This document shows positions 20,676-33,964 of a stretch of DNA of 64,000 nt, piece by piece. The translations under genes were made by a program, and so were the position numbers. The notes under the pieces were generated by a model. It ran no database searches. It had not been told where the DNA came from and saw only the letters and a program-made list of their open reading frames with translations. The DNA lies in the NCBI GenBank assembly GCA_964187785.1, contig OZ076410.1:64170001-64234000 (forward strand). Direction: 5' to 3'. How positions within the stretch are numbered: position 1 is the first letter of the stretch; the number at the start of each line of letters is the position of its first letter. The stretch is from Amphiscolops sp. MND2022. Lineage: Eukaryota.

Positions 20676-23600
20676 CTAGCCATTTTCATCAAACTTCCTC
20701 AGTGAATAATGCCCATAAGCTAGAGACCGTACTCCATCTTCAAGTAGGTAGCGTTTGTCATCATAGGAACTGACGGCTATTTTATTGACCCGGTTGACAA
20801 CAATTTGATAATTTTCGGACTTCAATTGTGTCATTGACTTACGAACAGGCTGTTTATCGAACAAGCAGGACTTGAACAAATCGTGGTGGAGAGTCTTTTT
20901 CACACTCTTTTGAACGCCCTTGGCGCTCTGCTTGACGCCGCCTTGGAATTGAATACTGTACAGTTTTGATCGTAAGCAAACAATTTCAGTCAACACTTTG
21001 CCTTGCAGCTCGTCGGTCATTGTCAGTGGGACTTTTTTGTTTGATTTATCATGGAGGAAGTGTGTCTCTGGATATTCGGATAAATCGAGCAAGTGTTTGA
21101 ATGAGACCATCTCAGTATATAAATCTTTCGTTTCTATACGGTAAAAAACAGAGTCTGTATCTTTGTAACAAACCTTCAAGTTTTTGTGATAACGAGGTTT
21201 CATTTCTTCGTAATGAAATTTGTACAGACAAAGTTTTGAGAGATCAAGAATAGACGCACCCACAGGAGTTGGTTTGTTCCAGAGTATTTTGGATGGAGTC
21301 AAAGTTACAGACATCAAACTGTCGTGAATGAATTGAAACCCCTTGAAGGTTGGCTTTTGAAACGCTTTCTCAGCCTGTTCTTTGCTCGAAACGAAGCTAA
21401 TCTTTCTGCGGTTACGTAAATTCTCCATTGTTTTGCCGAAGCAAGCATTGCTCATTAGTTTGTAAAAGTTTTTCTCAAAGTCGTTGACTGCTTGCTTTCT
21501 CATCACAGTGTTTTTTGATATATAGTCTCCCAGCCTTTTGCTCTGTCTGAACTGGATCACGCGATGCAGCTGTTTAACTTTCAGACCATGTTTGATGTAA
21601 ACTTTCAAATTACGATAGTGGCATACATAATTGTTCTTGTCAAAGAGTGTTTCAATCAGCTTGTTAGGACCATCTGAAGAAACTCTAATAACAGAACTTT
21701 GCGCAAATGATGAAAGCCAAGACTGTTTGATCGTGAGCTTTTCAGGTGCCAAAGGAAGATCATTGTGTTCATCATGCAATGAGGATGGATATTCCAAATC
21801 AACCTCCACAAAGTATCCCACTGGAGAATCATCGTCAGTCTGAAGAATTTGTGAGAGTGTTATCGCGTCATTCCATGCATATTGATCGAGTGGGAGCATT
21901 TGCTGCATTGTTCCAGCATACAAAGACGTCACATCAAAGAAGGCGCCAAAGACCGAAGGCTTTGTGTCGTCAAACGACTCCATATAAGAGTTGTTGGCTT
22001 CAAAATGACGCAATTCGCCAATTCCATTTATCCCTCCACGAATGCCTCTCTCGAAAAAAAGTAGCATGTCAACATCTGTCAAAAGTCCCAGTGTTGCTCG
22101 CGTTGTTATGAGCATTGCCTCCTAGCTCAGACTAGGTGCCGAAAAAAAATGCGCTGGATCCAGGGAATACACTTTCATACAAACTTTCCTAAACAGTTGA
22201 AACACATCGGCTAGGATGAAAACGTCTTATTTCAGATAGATGTCATGATAGTCGCCAAGACATTGGCATTGAAAAAGGTTATAAATATGGAGTGCCCGTG
22301 CGTATTGAGCTTCAGGTATATCGATCTTTCCAGTCAATGAATTTTTCCAACAGTTTCCAAAGGGTGGCAAGGGTTCATTAAACTTTCCAAAAGAATCTAA
22401 ATAGCTGTAAGGAAAAAATCCTTTTTCAGTAAGCAGCGTCCAGTCTACCTCGGGATTGGTTTGAGTGAAGTGATCTTTCAAAAGCAGAAAGTCTTCCTTC
22501 TTTAATGTTTTCGCTAACGCATCGAGACCTTGAGCCATGAACTGAAAGCTATCGATAAATCTCAGAGCGTTGGAAACTTCAACAACTTTACCTTTCTTTG
22601 TTGTGTAGGAGCCCACAGGAACTGTAATCGAAAACGAAATAAAAACTTCGTCGGTTCTTGAAATGGCAGACAATTTTTCATGCTCCTTCAGCAACAAATT
22701 TTTGATGATATGATGTGAATCATAGCGAGAGAGGTTATGAAAAAAGACAGGCAAAAAGTTGAAAGATCGCGCTTTCAAATTACATTCAGAATGAGCCACC
22801 CCGAAAACGAAACCCGTGAGGTGGCATTGATGCACGACTCTGAGACCATGATCCACATTGGCGCCACAGATACAACACTCGATTTCAGGCGCAGACATCA
22901 ACTGCTTTCGCTCCGATTGTGACAATTTCAATTAGCGATGTTTTTGCTTCTGAAGGTAGGTCCAAGACAACCAACTTCTCAACGTATCCATCAAGTGCTC
23001 AATACAATCCTTTCCTTTATAAAAGGAGCTCTTTGCTATGCTAGAACTTCGTTGATCGAAAAGCACAGCACCGAAACTTGCCAGATATTGTTTTTCAATT
23101 TCAGTTGTGTGTGAAGTCATTCGCGTTTGCTGAGAACCGTTGACACTCGGGACATCGATAGCTTCCAAGTCTGCATAGACAACAAAAGGACACCATTGTG
23201 TTTTTTGCCAATTGTTGAACGACAATGTCGTATCGCATTGAGGCATTGTAATTTCCAGTGGTTTGTGATCCTCGCAAAACTCAAAATGTTTTCTGTAATT
23301 CGATCGGATGATGGGTTGAAAGCAATTGCCACAAAATTTACTCTTCGCTTTTTTGAAGATCGATGCAGTTGGTGCATTAAGTTCGAAAAGTTTTTGATTA
23401 GGCAGTAGTGACTTTTCTGGCCCTCCAACAACAATAACAATTTAATTTTCCGACGACTGGTTCGGTTTTTTGAGTGATAAACATTTTGCAAAGTCTCGTT
23501 TTCAAATCGATACACGGTAATCGACAGATCATTGCGTTTTTCGAAGAAGCGTATTTTGCTCAAACACATTGGAAAGTCACTTTTCTGGAAATGTAGTTCA

Positions 23601-24169
23601 TCGAATTTATCTACATAAGATGATGGTCGGTCAACATTCTTCTTTTGAGGATACAAGGCCGCCAATTCAGAATACAGAAAGCAAAACTCGTCCCGTTTGT
23701 TCTTCACATTCAATATGCTTCTTCGTAGGCCACTGAGAGAGGCGGGAGTCTCAATATAGGAAGATCCCGTCTCCCTAATGGGGACAGCGACTTTGATTTC
23801 CACAGCTAAAAGTGATTCAACAACACATCCAGAACCCGCAGTACAGTAAATGTTCAATTGAGAAATCAATTGGTCCACGAAATGATTGTAATCGTCTTCA
23901 ATAACTTCATGCCCGAATCGTTCCATTCTGGTGTGAAAATAAACGACTAATCTTTCACCCTCCAGAGGCTTACAGAGTTGCACATGGATAGTTAGGCCGA
24001 TGCGAGAGCTTCCATCATCCGGTAACTTTGCGTTTATGAAAGTAATAATATGTTTTGTGTTGGATATCAAATAGTGGAAAGGTTCGACGTCGTTCTTTTC
24101 AAGATCCAAACGATACACCGTAAAGGAAGACTTTATTGCAGTTTTGATGGCAGAAGCTGAAACTTTCAC
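20676..24169 (-). pseudogene. polB: Protein-primed family B DNA polymerase (with endonuclease-VII-like Zn motif), disabled
   Basis: FFHNLSRYDSH and RFIDSFQFM (exonuclease), RGGING, FDVTSLYA, KLMSNACFGK, YKDTDS. In-frame stops at 22932-34, 22227-29 and 22122-24; frameshift near 23350. Confidence 0.95.
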
Positions 24170-24536
24170 TAAAGTTCAATCGCTTCGTAACTTGACTATT
24201 TGATTGAATGGAATGGAAAGTGCGCAAATGTTCATTGAAGGGCACTTGAGCTCCAAAAATGGTTGAACAACAATTGCATTTAAAATTGCCAGCAAGGTTA
24301 TGTTGATTTCTCAAATGGCGAAGTAAATTCCTGGTTGAAACAAATTCGGTCTCACAGTGAACACATCGAAATTTTGATTGGGACAATGTTGGTTCTTTTC
24401 CATGCTTTTTTCGAGAATGCTGATAGAGTGTCTTTTTAGAAGCAAAAACTTTTTGGCAGTCGTCACAGCGATGCATCTTTTTGAGAATCATCAAATCTTC
24501 ACGCTTTGATTTTTTCACTTGCAGAAAAACGACCAA
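24099..24536 (-). CDS. Three tandem C2H2 zinc fingers, probably the frameshifted N-terminus of pPolB
   Basis: CDDCQKVF..KKTLYQHSRKKH, CVHCETEF..TRNLLRHLRNQH, CNCCSTIF....FNEHLRTFH; overlaps the pPolB frame start near 24170. Confidence 0.75.
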   Translation of the reverse strand: MVVFLQVKKSKREDLMILKKMHRCDDCQKVFASKKTLYQHSRKKHGKEPTLSQSKFRCVHCETEFVSTRNLLRHLRNQHNLAGNFKCNCCSTIFGAQVPFNEHLRTFHSIQSNSQVTKRLNFSESFSFCHQNCNKVFLYGVSFGS

Positions 24537-24880
24537 AAAAGAAAACCATTTTTCAACTTATTGGTTATTGGAAAAAGCGCGGAGGAATTTGATGATTCTC
24601 GAAATTACCTTCAGATTGTTTTTAAAATCTTTAAAATTTGTCAGAAAACATTCAGCAGTTGGCCTTTCAAATTGGTTTTGTTTCTATCAACGATGGTTCA
24701 ATTCAATAATTGAATAACAGAGTTAAAATTCTCGTTAATACAGCTTGATGACTTTGTACGGAAAGATGGTTTCATTATCTAGTTTGAACAATTGTCAAAG
24801 ATGGTCAAAACTGTCAAGATATCAAACATAACCTTGCTAGTTTGAAATTCAAATTGTCTTACCACTCTCAGAATTTGAAT

Positions 24881-25019
24881 GCATGTATTAAGATTAGGGA
24901 TCCATGATTGAGTCTAAGATTTCTATCTTAGAATTTTGGGATCCATGATTGAGTCTAAGAATTCTATCTTAGAATTTTGGGATCCTTTTTTGAGTCTAAC
25001 CCCCCCTTCCCTTACTACT
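24881..25019 (-). repeat. Polinton right terminal inverted repeat
   Basis: GCATGTATTAAGATTAGGGATCC...CCCTTACTACT, reverse complement of 10944-11082. Confidence 0.95.
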
Positions 25020-26599
25020 CATCTCACTCTGAAAAAAAAACGAACAGCTTTCATACTCCAGTTCGTTTTGCTTAGTTATCCAATTTGGCACCTTAAAGTT
25101 TCGTAGAACTCTGTAGAACTATTTTGGTAAGTTCGTGTGAATTGAAAAAAGAGTCACTATTATAGTTTCGTTTCACTTCATGAAGCGCCGACTAAAAATA
25201 TGTTCTGACGTTAAAATTCAAAAGTCAATGCTTCCATGAGAATTAACTCAATAAACACATTGTTTTTATGAGAATTTCGAGGCAGGTATTGAACTACATT
25301 AGGTACAATGTTTGTGTAGTTATAGGTCAGTTCGTTAGTGCTAAAAGCATTTTTTGAGTCAATTTTTGGTTTGCCATAGTCATGACAAAAAGTAACGCAT
25401 TTGGCGAAGAAAAGCAAAAACAAAAAGAGCAACGGTGAGCACTCAGACTTTTGTGACCTTGAGCAAGTAAAGTTTGAAACCACAGCTTCAAGTAGACCCT
25501 CGCTTGACTATTTGGCTGCAAATAGTGTACCGTAGCTTGCTATGGGGAGATAATATCCGCCTATAAAAGGGCGCCCACTCAGAAAAGCCGAACTGTTTAT
25601 TCGGCGTTCACCCCGCGGAGTTGTCGAAATGAACTTTCTTCTTTCTACTTCTTCTTAGTCATTGAGAGCTGAGAGAAGTCCCAAGTGTGTCACGTGTTGC
25701 TTAAAATGATTTTGGATTAGTGCAAGCAATGTTCATTTGTGTGAACCAGTAAAATGGGCGTTCTTTCAAGTGACTTTGTTGAGCATCCGAAATCATTTAT
25801 TAATAGTATTATGTAAATACATATTCATCTCGGCCCTTGAAATACGTAGTATGTTGTATTTGGAGTGTGTGAGAAACGGTCCGAAAATTAAATCATTAGT
25901 GACTCAACTAAAAAACAGTTTTTCAGCCGATCAATTCCGAGAATCAATGCCTGATCTTCAGAGTAACTTGGAAGAAAATGCCTGATCTTGGAGGTAATTT
26001 GGAAGAAGTTTCCTGAATCTTGAAAGTGAATTGAAAAAACAGTTTGAAAATTCCCAATTGAACGATTTTCACAGCAACAGCAAAACAAATATAGATGAAG
26101 ATAAAATATTGACACGTATACAAAGATTACAGCTTGAGAGTTCGTTCGACATATTTGATTCAAGTTTGTTGCTGTCAAGTGGACCGAATGTCCAAACTAT
26201 GACGAAATACTCGGGAGATAGTCTGCTGCTTCCGTCTTCATGAGAATAAGACTACCTTCTCGGCTGCACCTATTATATAGCAGTAGCAGAAATTGTTTAC
26301 ACCTGTATATTTCCTGGATGCACTGACGTAGGTCTCATCTCACTGTACATGTACACTTGAGTAGTTCCTTCATCAAGATCCTCGCAAGTTAGGACACGGC
26401 TGAAGCGGCTGTCCTAGGTCACCATCGTGGCAAATGTGCAGCTCCCAATACCGGTAGTTCTGAAATAAACAAATCATATTTCAACAACTTCGGTCACATT
26501 AAGTCCGTGCTACTCAATATACGAGACATTTACATTCATTTTGAACATCTTCTTGGTTCAAAATTGAAAAAAAAACAATCTTGGCGTTTTCTGTACATT

Positions 26600-26810
26600 C
26601 CAGACATTTTCTTGCAGACAATCTTTCAATTTTCAGACATTCTCTTGCAAGATCCGTCCAAGAATCTTGCAAGAACTGTCTTGACCTGCCAGAATCTTAG
26701 ATGTTTGTCTGAAATCTAAGATTCTTGCAAGATTCTTGCAGATAATGTCTGATATGTACCACTTCTGCAAGATTCTTTCAAGAAATGTACAGGAGTTCGA
26801 CTGGGGTTTT
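26600..26810. repeat. Cluster of palindromic TCTTGCAAGA motifs (probable MITE interior)
   Basis: Exact or near-exact TCTTGCAAGA at ~26611, 26643, 26665, 26723, 26733, 26764 and 26773. Confidence 0.5.
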
Positions 26811-27802
26811 GCAATGAGATTGAATCAAGAAAATAAACTCTACCGGAAATGAACTACAATAGAAATTTAAACTAAAATAAGAATAATCTTGGCTTGAATT
26901 TTCTGTCAAAACCCTGATTTTTTAAAAAAAGATTTAGGGTAAATGTTTTAGATGTTTCTCTAGTTTACAGAAACATTGACTTCGAAGTTTTAATGTTGAA
27001 GTAGCGGAAGTTGTTTGTACGACCGATGTTTTTTCCGATGGAGTATTCGACATCGCTAATTGTTTTTCGTATTTTCTTCATGAATTATTTTTTTTCTTAT
27101 TTCAAAATACCGAATTTTTCTTCCTGTTGAAAAGTCGTTTTCGCGTTCCTTAGATCAGTTTTATGGCTTGAAGCAGGATTTTAAACAATATTATGCTGAA
27201 ATTCATTTGAACGCAGCCGATTTTCGTGTTCTGCATTTTGGTCGAGGAAAGGGTATGTACGAATCTTTGACTTTTTTGCAAAGCAGTTTTCTTAATATTT
27301 CGGCAGTGGTCCCAATCGAATAATAGATAACCCTTAATTTGACCTAGGTTGTTGATCTAAGTGGTTGATCTAAGACTATTTTTAAGATTTTGAAAATTCG
27401 CTACCGTTAGTTTGATCTAATTGCAGTCATGATGTCGAAATTGTTGGAGCTGAAACTTGGGGCTGATAGAATTCTTGATGTCGTTATCTTATCGTTTTGT
27501 TTCGCTCAACAGTTAAAAAAAGTTTTAAAGCTTTCAAAGTTTTAAAATTAAATGTTTTTTCTCACGATTTTCCAATGTCTTCTCAAACCGATACCTGAAC
27601 TCAAAAGCTTCTTAACTTCTAATGGGTAAAGGAAGAAAATGGAACTAAATTCGCGTCTACTAGCTTAATTTATATACTACAATAAAAGTCGAAACAGCCA
27701 ATTATCTGGTTACTAATGCAAGTCGAATACTGTAGTGGTTGATTTCTCAGCTGCGGCGCCGAAGCTAAAGACTAAAGCTACAATTTTACACAAGCTAACA
27801 CC

Positions 27803-28000
27803 ATGGGTCAAACTTTTGATGGCATCGACTTCTTGTGTGTGGAAGATCCTATCCAATTCTCCAAAAGTGCGGTGCAGAATTTGTTGCGCAACAGACGAGT
27901 CGCCATCATGGGTTGTAGTGTGCTGAGAGACCTCTACAAAGATATCATCTTGTTGCTGCAAGAGGAACGCTACCTAACGAAAACCGAGAATCGAAAAAAG
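27803..28000 (+). CDS. PCED1: PC-esterase domain protein (PCED1/FAM113-like), exon 1
   Basis: accATGg context; FSKSAVQNLLRNRRVAIMGCSVLRDLYKDIILLLQ matches the PCED1 N-terminal pattern ([28 protein letters not shown]); phase-0 donor AAG|GTATTA at 28000/28001. Confidence 0.85.
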
Positions 28001-30469
28001 GTATTATATTTCCATTCTTGAATTATTCAAGTTCGGTTATCTGGAAGTTTCACATTTTTGTCGCTTTAATAGAGGTAATGATATCGCGGCGTCCCATAGT
28101 CACGATCAAAAATCCCTGTCAACGTCCTTTTGTAAAATCATGTAAGATGCCTTTTGGCACTAAAATTTTTAGTCGGCGCTTTCTGTAAGAAAATCCAATT
28201 CGGGGTCGGAGAGAGTTTTACCTCGGATTGGAAGCTTAACAGACAAAAAGGTTGTTTTAGTGAGTTAGCCAATTCTCTTGAAGTTACTGTCAATTTCTCT
28301 CTCCGAATAATGCTCTTTCGGCTCACGGTTTCCAAAAGCTTCGAGTAATGGAATAAAATTACTTCTTTAACGAAAACAATAACACTAAGTAATTCCAATC
28401 AGTCAAACTAACTAATATTCATCAAGTACTATCTACAATTCTCAGTAAAAGGGTACAACAACAATCGAATCCACGATTCAGCCAGGTGCGTTTGGCGCAA
28501 TTCAATCTTGTTGAAGCTCCAACTTCAACCAAAATCACAAGTCCCGGACTTGTCCGTTAATCTCTTCTGCTGGCGACAACGTAATCTAGAAGTGTCTTTT
28601 GTCTCCGCAAGACTCAACCTTCTTCTAGTTCTCTTACTCGCTTGTCGAGAAACGCGAGTGTTAATTCGAACAAGTATCTTGCCTCCGCGAGACTCAACTT
28701 GATTCCAGCTTTCTAACTCGGTTCTGTCTATTCAAGTATATTCCAATTCCGCCTCAATTATATTTGTTCATCGCCCGCATTCTGGGTGGTTTCATCTTAA
28801 CTTTCTATCATACTTGACCTTTTTGTTACATACAGGGCGTCGGCGTCTTAAATTTGCATGAGTTTACCTTCATGTTTACTATTCCTTTTATGGCATGGCG
28901 GTCGCTTCTAATTATACTTCAGCTAAACATTCTTTGCCGCCAACGACAAATAGTTCAACAATAGTTGTACAAAGTTCACATATCTATAACAATTCAAGTC
29001 ACCCGAGATATTACTAATATCGAGACGATTGCTCAATGACCTTCAATTGCATGGTTTACATGTTCTCTACGGGTAAGGGGTACTTTTCTATCATTCTGAG
29101 CGCGGTGCATCGCGAATTGTTCCGCCTGATTGAAATGCATAAATTATCGCACAATGATGCTGTTACATGTTTAAGGTAAGTTCTGCCATACGTTCTGGGG
29201 TTACATCTAAAATGACCTTGAGGTCCATCGGTCACCTTGAAGTTGTTTGTAATCATCCAAAGTTGCTACATGCCGAATTATATCGTCCTAGGGTCAATGG
29301 TCTTCGAGCTACAAGTTATGCGTATGGTTTGTTTAGTTAAGGCGGATACCCCCTGCATGGGTTACAAATACGGTTTCCTTCACGTTATAAATCGACTACA
29401 TTGATCATTCCGGTTCGTTTGAGGTATTACAAGCCAAGGGCAAGTTTCATCTATCGGTCGGGCCCGCGCGTCCGGTCCCGCGTGCCTCAAACAAACATTA
29501 CTCCGCGCGTGGTGGACCGATTAATGTATCTTTCATGTATATAACTTAGGGTGACTAGGTGAACATCTTAGACAAGTTTCATGATCTTCGGGTCATCCGT
29601 TTGCTGTTTACATAACATTCGGTGTTTATTTACACAGGGTTCGTGCTCCCCCTACGCGCGTCGTAGGGTTCCGAAAATATGCGGGAACGGCTTAATATCC
29701 TATGGGCTATCAATTCCATATATTATTTGACATATTCCGTGCCTCGCCGACGAGTTCATAGGGGGTCGACCTAGGTCACTTCCGGTGTTAATAGCCCGGG
29801 GCTGGGGGGTTTCGTCTCGGTTCTTTTTTTTATTAAATCAGTAGCACCACAGCTCAAGTATACGTGTGCCAAATTTCAGGTCTCTACGATTTGTAGTCCT
29901 TGAGAAAAACCGTTTGGGGGGGGTTAAAGATTTGTGACGATTAGTTTTTCCTAGTGTATCTTAGAATATTTCCGACCAAAAGCGGGACTCAGTAAAATTC
30001 GCTCTCAGAGTTTCAACTCTAACTTAGCCGATTCGAACAATTTCATTGTCGACGTCACTCTTTAGCTTATAGTTTCGGCTAAGAAGTTTCGTTTGCCAAG
30101 TAAACATCAGGTTTGCCAAATGAGCTTTAATGAAATACGCTTTGGTCAGCCATTTCAGCTGCTATTACTATTTCGACGGTCTAAAAACATGATTATTATA
30201 TTTCTGTCGATCGTATGTACTCGCGCAAACGCTATGGGTTTTCGTGGACGCCAAAACTTAAATTTCCACACTTTCAATAGTAGTGGCTTTTTAAAGACCA
30301 GCGAACTGGCGATTTCCTATAAGCGTTTCTATCAGTTGTAACTTAGTAATATAACTGGCTCCCGTTACTTGACCTAGTGGTTACCACAAGTGGGACAGTC
30401 GCAGGGAGTCAGTTTACGTGGGTTCCAACCCTGTGCTTGACGAAATTTTTTAAGCTTCTAAAAATAGAG

Positions 30470-30610
30470 AGGAGACCAAAGATTAACCCCTTTGGGTTTC
30501 TTCGGCACTATGCGACTTTTTTCAGAGGTTTTTCGAGCGGAGTGACTCCTTCAATTTTTAGCAGAAACAAAGCGTTTTGCGAGCATAGAGGGCCTCCTTA
30601 GAATTTTTCG
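30470..30610. repeat. Fragment of the CGGCACTATGCGACT/GGGCCTCC dispersed repeat family
   Basis: TTCGGCACTATGCGACTTTTTTC...AAGCGTTTTGCGAGCATAGAGGGCCTCC, related to 10270-10943 and 55700-56500. Confidence 0.55.
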
Positions 30611-32893
30611 ACATTCCAAAGTTGATGAATATTTTCACAATAATGCCTCTTTACATAATTAAAACCCTTTACTCTGCTCAAAGTTCGAAAAAAGCAAAAT
30701 GCTTGAAATATTCCTGGGACAAGTATCAAGAAACTTTTCCATTATCATACAGTGTCAAAAATACCTGAAGTTGTACCTTTGAGACTCAATATAGTTTTTT
30801 CTCAACTGAAAATATCTGGAAAAATCTCAAGTCTTTAGGCTCGCAACTTTTTCTTCCGAAGCGAAATTTAAACAATAAAGGTGGGAACATTTGATGAAAT
30901 TAGAAATTGTTCGAAAAAAAAGTCGCTCAGCGCGGGAAAAACCCAAAGGTGTCAGCAGTGTATTGATGAAATTTAATGAAATTTACCATGTAACATGTAG
31001 CCATGTATTTCTGAATCGATTGGACGTGCGTGTATTTCATGTACTTTTATAAGCCTCATGTACTTCTATCATGTATGTATAAAAAAGACTCTTCGGCAAA
31101 CTTACAATTTCTGAAATCAATGTTTAACAGAAAAAGATTTTAATTTAACATTTTTGTCGAGAGTTTCTGCATTCGTCCTGTTTCTCCGGTCCGATGTCCG
31201 AAGGCCAGTCTCTACAGAAACCGAAGAGCGAGGGCACGATAGCATTTCTAGGACGACATTCCGAAACTCTGGGCTGTCGTCGAAGTTTGTGTTATTGAAT
31301 CAGACGGATATGGGGTCGGATTCCATTGCTAGTCGAGGAGAAAGCAAGAAATAGTCGAGCTGTTCATATCACGCTATCATTACCTGTATTGGCACCAAGT
31401 AGCCTTGTCCGCCTGTCTTGTATCCGTATGCTATATACACGTGTATGCCTTACATGTATATGTACTTGTAACAATACACTGGGTGTCAGTCAATTAAGGT
31501 TTGTCGTTTTGGTCTGTAGTCAACTTCTGCGAAAATTAGAAAAAAAGTCAAGTCAAGGATTCGAACCGAGATTTTCGGACTTTTTTGGTTCACCCAAAAA
31601 CCGCAGAATGACGCAAAATGACCGCAATACGGACAAAAATTCCAAAAAATGAAAATGACGAGAATTCCAAAATTTTCCAATTTTCAACGTTTTTATGCAA
31701 TAATTGTCAATTTTTCGATAGGTTTTGTGAATAAGAACGTTGAAAACGATCAACCAAGAAAAATTTTGCTGTCCAGTATGCGTTCTAGAAGAAATAAATG
31801 CTGTGGAAAATTGCCTAAAATGTAAAATTGCATAAAATTGACCTCGAAAATAACAAACTTTATAATTTTCATCTTTTTAATGCAACTTTTGTGAACTTTT
31901 CGACAGATTTTGTGGCTTAGAAAACGTTCAACAATGAAAACATTCGTTGTCCGATAGGCTTTTCGGGAAGATAAATGCAGTTTCTTTATTACAAAAGTGC
32001 CAAAAAACCCAAAATAGTCAAAAAGTTCCAAAATGTTCACAACTTTCGGCTTTTGAACGGGAGTTTCGTAAAATATTGAAAGATTTCGCGGAATATGACT
32101 TCGAAACCGTTAAAGGACAATTGATTGCGCTGCCCAGTAAGCTTTTTGAAAAGATGGAAGCAAGTTTTCATTAGAAGTAAGCCTCAATGTGACCCCAAAA
32201 TGTCGAAAAATCCATCAGAGTTTGTCATTTTTGTGCAATTTGTGTACAAGTTTTGGTGGCTAAGAATTTTCAAAACATTCGAAGATGATAACACTATCTA
32301 TGCAGTAAGCCTTTGTGGAGAGAATGTTTCAGTGGTTTGCTTCAAATGGTCGTGATGAGTCAGAAAATGGAAAAAGATCCAATTGTCAACGTTTTTATAT
32401 AGATCCTGTGATATTTTTGAATCGTTTCGAGGGTAACAGTTCTGAAAACGATTGCAGTTTATGCCCACTTGTTTTTATGAAAAGATACTTGCAGATCTGT
32501 ATTTGAAAAAGCCTCAAAATTTCCAAATTCTTCAGTTTTTGAAATTTTTGGTGATTGTTTTGTAAGTTTCCTGAATTAGATGGTTCTAAAAGCTGCAGTA
32601 CGCTTTTTAAATGAAAACTTGGTAGTTTTTTTAGGTAGAACAATCTTAAGTTTAGATCTCACAAAATTCGAATGTCCAAAGTTTTTTTTGGAAAACCCAA
32701 GTTTTTTTTAGAAATATTGAAATAATCGTAAAGTTTTGTTTGTTAGAAGAATGAAAACTCTCAACAGAATTCAAGAAAAGGAACACGTATGTGCCAGTGG
32801 AATGCGCTTTTCCCAACAGTTTTTGAGGGTCCAAGTTGTCCTAATACTTGAATCTTGGCCATTTCTGGGTTCGCCTGCAACTCCCAGACCAAA

Positions 32894-33069
32894 TACAGTC
32901 AACTCCGGTTAATTCGTATCCGGATAATTCGGATCTTCGTTTAGTTCGTATGTGTCTGAGAACCCCATTTCGCGACGACCAAAGTAATATCATCCTGTTA
33001 ATTCGTATTTTTCGTTTTTCGTAGTATTTTTCGGTCCCTATCGATACGAATTAGGCGGATTCCAGTGTA
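32894..33069. mobile_element. Tc1/mariner-pogo-type MITE with TA TSD
   Basis: TA|CAGTCAACTCCGGTTAATTCGTATC ... GATACGAATTAGGCGGATTCCAGTG|TA, imperfect ~25-bp TIRs. Confidence 0.7.
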
Positions 33070-33964
33070 TGTTTAAATACTTTTGATAAATGATTTGGGT
33101 GTTCTCGTAACTGAAATCTGTTCAATCTAAATTTTTCTTAGTTTCTGCTTGTTTTCGGCTTGAAGCGTGAGATGAAATTTAACCTCGACAGTACACCGAG
33201 AAGTCGAAAAATTGACAAAATTTTGGCAAAATTTTTTCAAAGCTTCATTTCTCCACAAATAATAGCCGCAGCTCCAATCGGTTTTCTGTTCCTGAAACCC
33301 CTTTACCTAAGCTTTCAAATGCACACTAGTTAGGTCGCGAGTTGGCGCCACTTGTTGGGGTGAGAGCGCCACCAAAATATCGGTTGAACTCATAACTGAA
33401 GTTTCATTGAAAAAACTTCTATATGCGTTTTCAATGGTGGCAAACTGTGTTACTAGAGTGGGACAGTAATTTAGTTAGCAAACAGTTGCTCAGTTATTGA
33501 GAAAAAACGAATTTTCTGGAATGTCTTTTTTTGCAATTTTTCACTTTTTTTCAGTTTCTTTTTTGCCAGTGGCTGGGAAAAAAATTTATATTATTTATAT
33601 AACAATTCACACCAGATAGTCCAATCGATTGTCGATAAGAAAGGCAATTTTTCGTTTTCCTCTATGCTTTTTGCGTGTCGTAATTTATTATTGATTGCTA
33701 AAAAATCGCTGTCCTCATTTGAGGACGAAATCACTGTCGAGGTTAATAAGATGAGTTCATTCCATTTCCATGCCATGCAGTTCTATGATTACTAGTGGTT
33801 GAAAAGCATGAATGTGTCTCAATAAATGGAATCGCATGGAGGTCCCATATGGTTTCCGGATTTCTTTCAGATTTTATTCAAAACTATAATGCTACCTCCA
33901 ATTAGCCTTAGAATTGATTGTCAGAAAAAAATAACGACAAACAGCAAACAAAACTTATTTATGC

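Larger units (their letters stand above)
10944..25019. mobile_element. Full-length Maverick/Polinton (adintovirus-like endogenous virus), 14,076 bp
   Basis: Starts AGTAGTAAGGG and ends CCCTTACTACT; ~139-bp TIRs; 6-bp TSD CATCTC (10938-10943 and 25020-25025); encodes pPolB, RVE integrase, ATPase, penton, hexon and cysteine protease. Confidence 0.96.

Noticed and set aside
25520-25860. Solo LTR or promoter (TATAAAAG at ~25562)
   Set aside because: No TG...CA boundary with a matching TSD could be established.
26050-26460. Possible exons of a minus-strand host gene
   Set aside because: Splice-like sites exist, but no stop-free, phase-consistent frame or recognisable domain was found.
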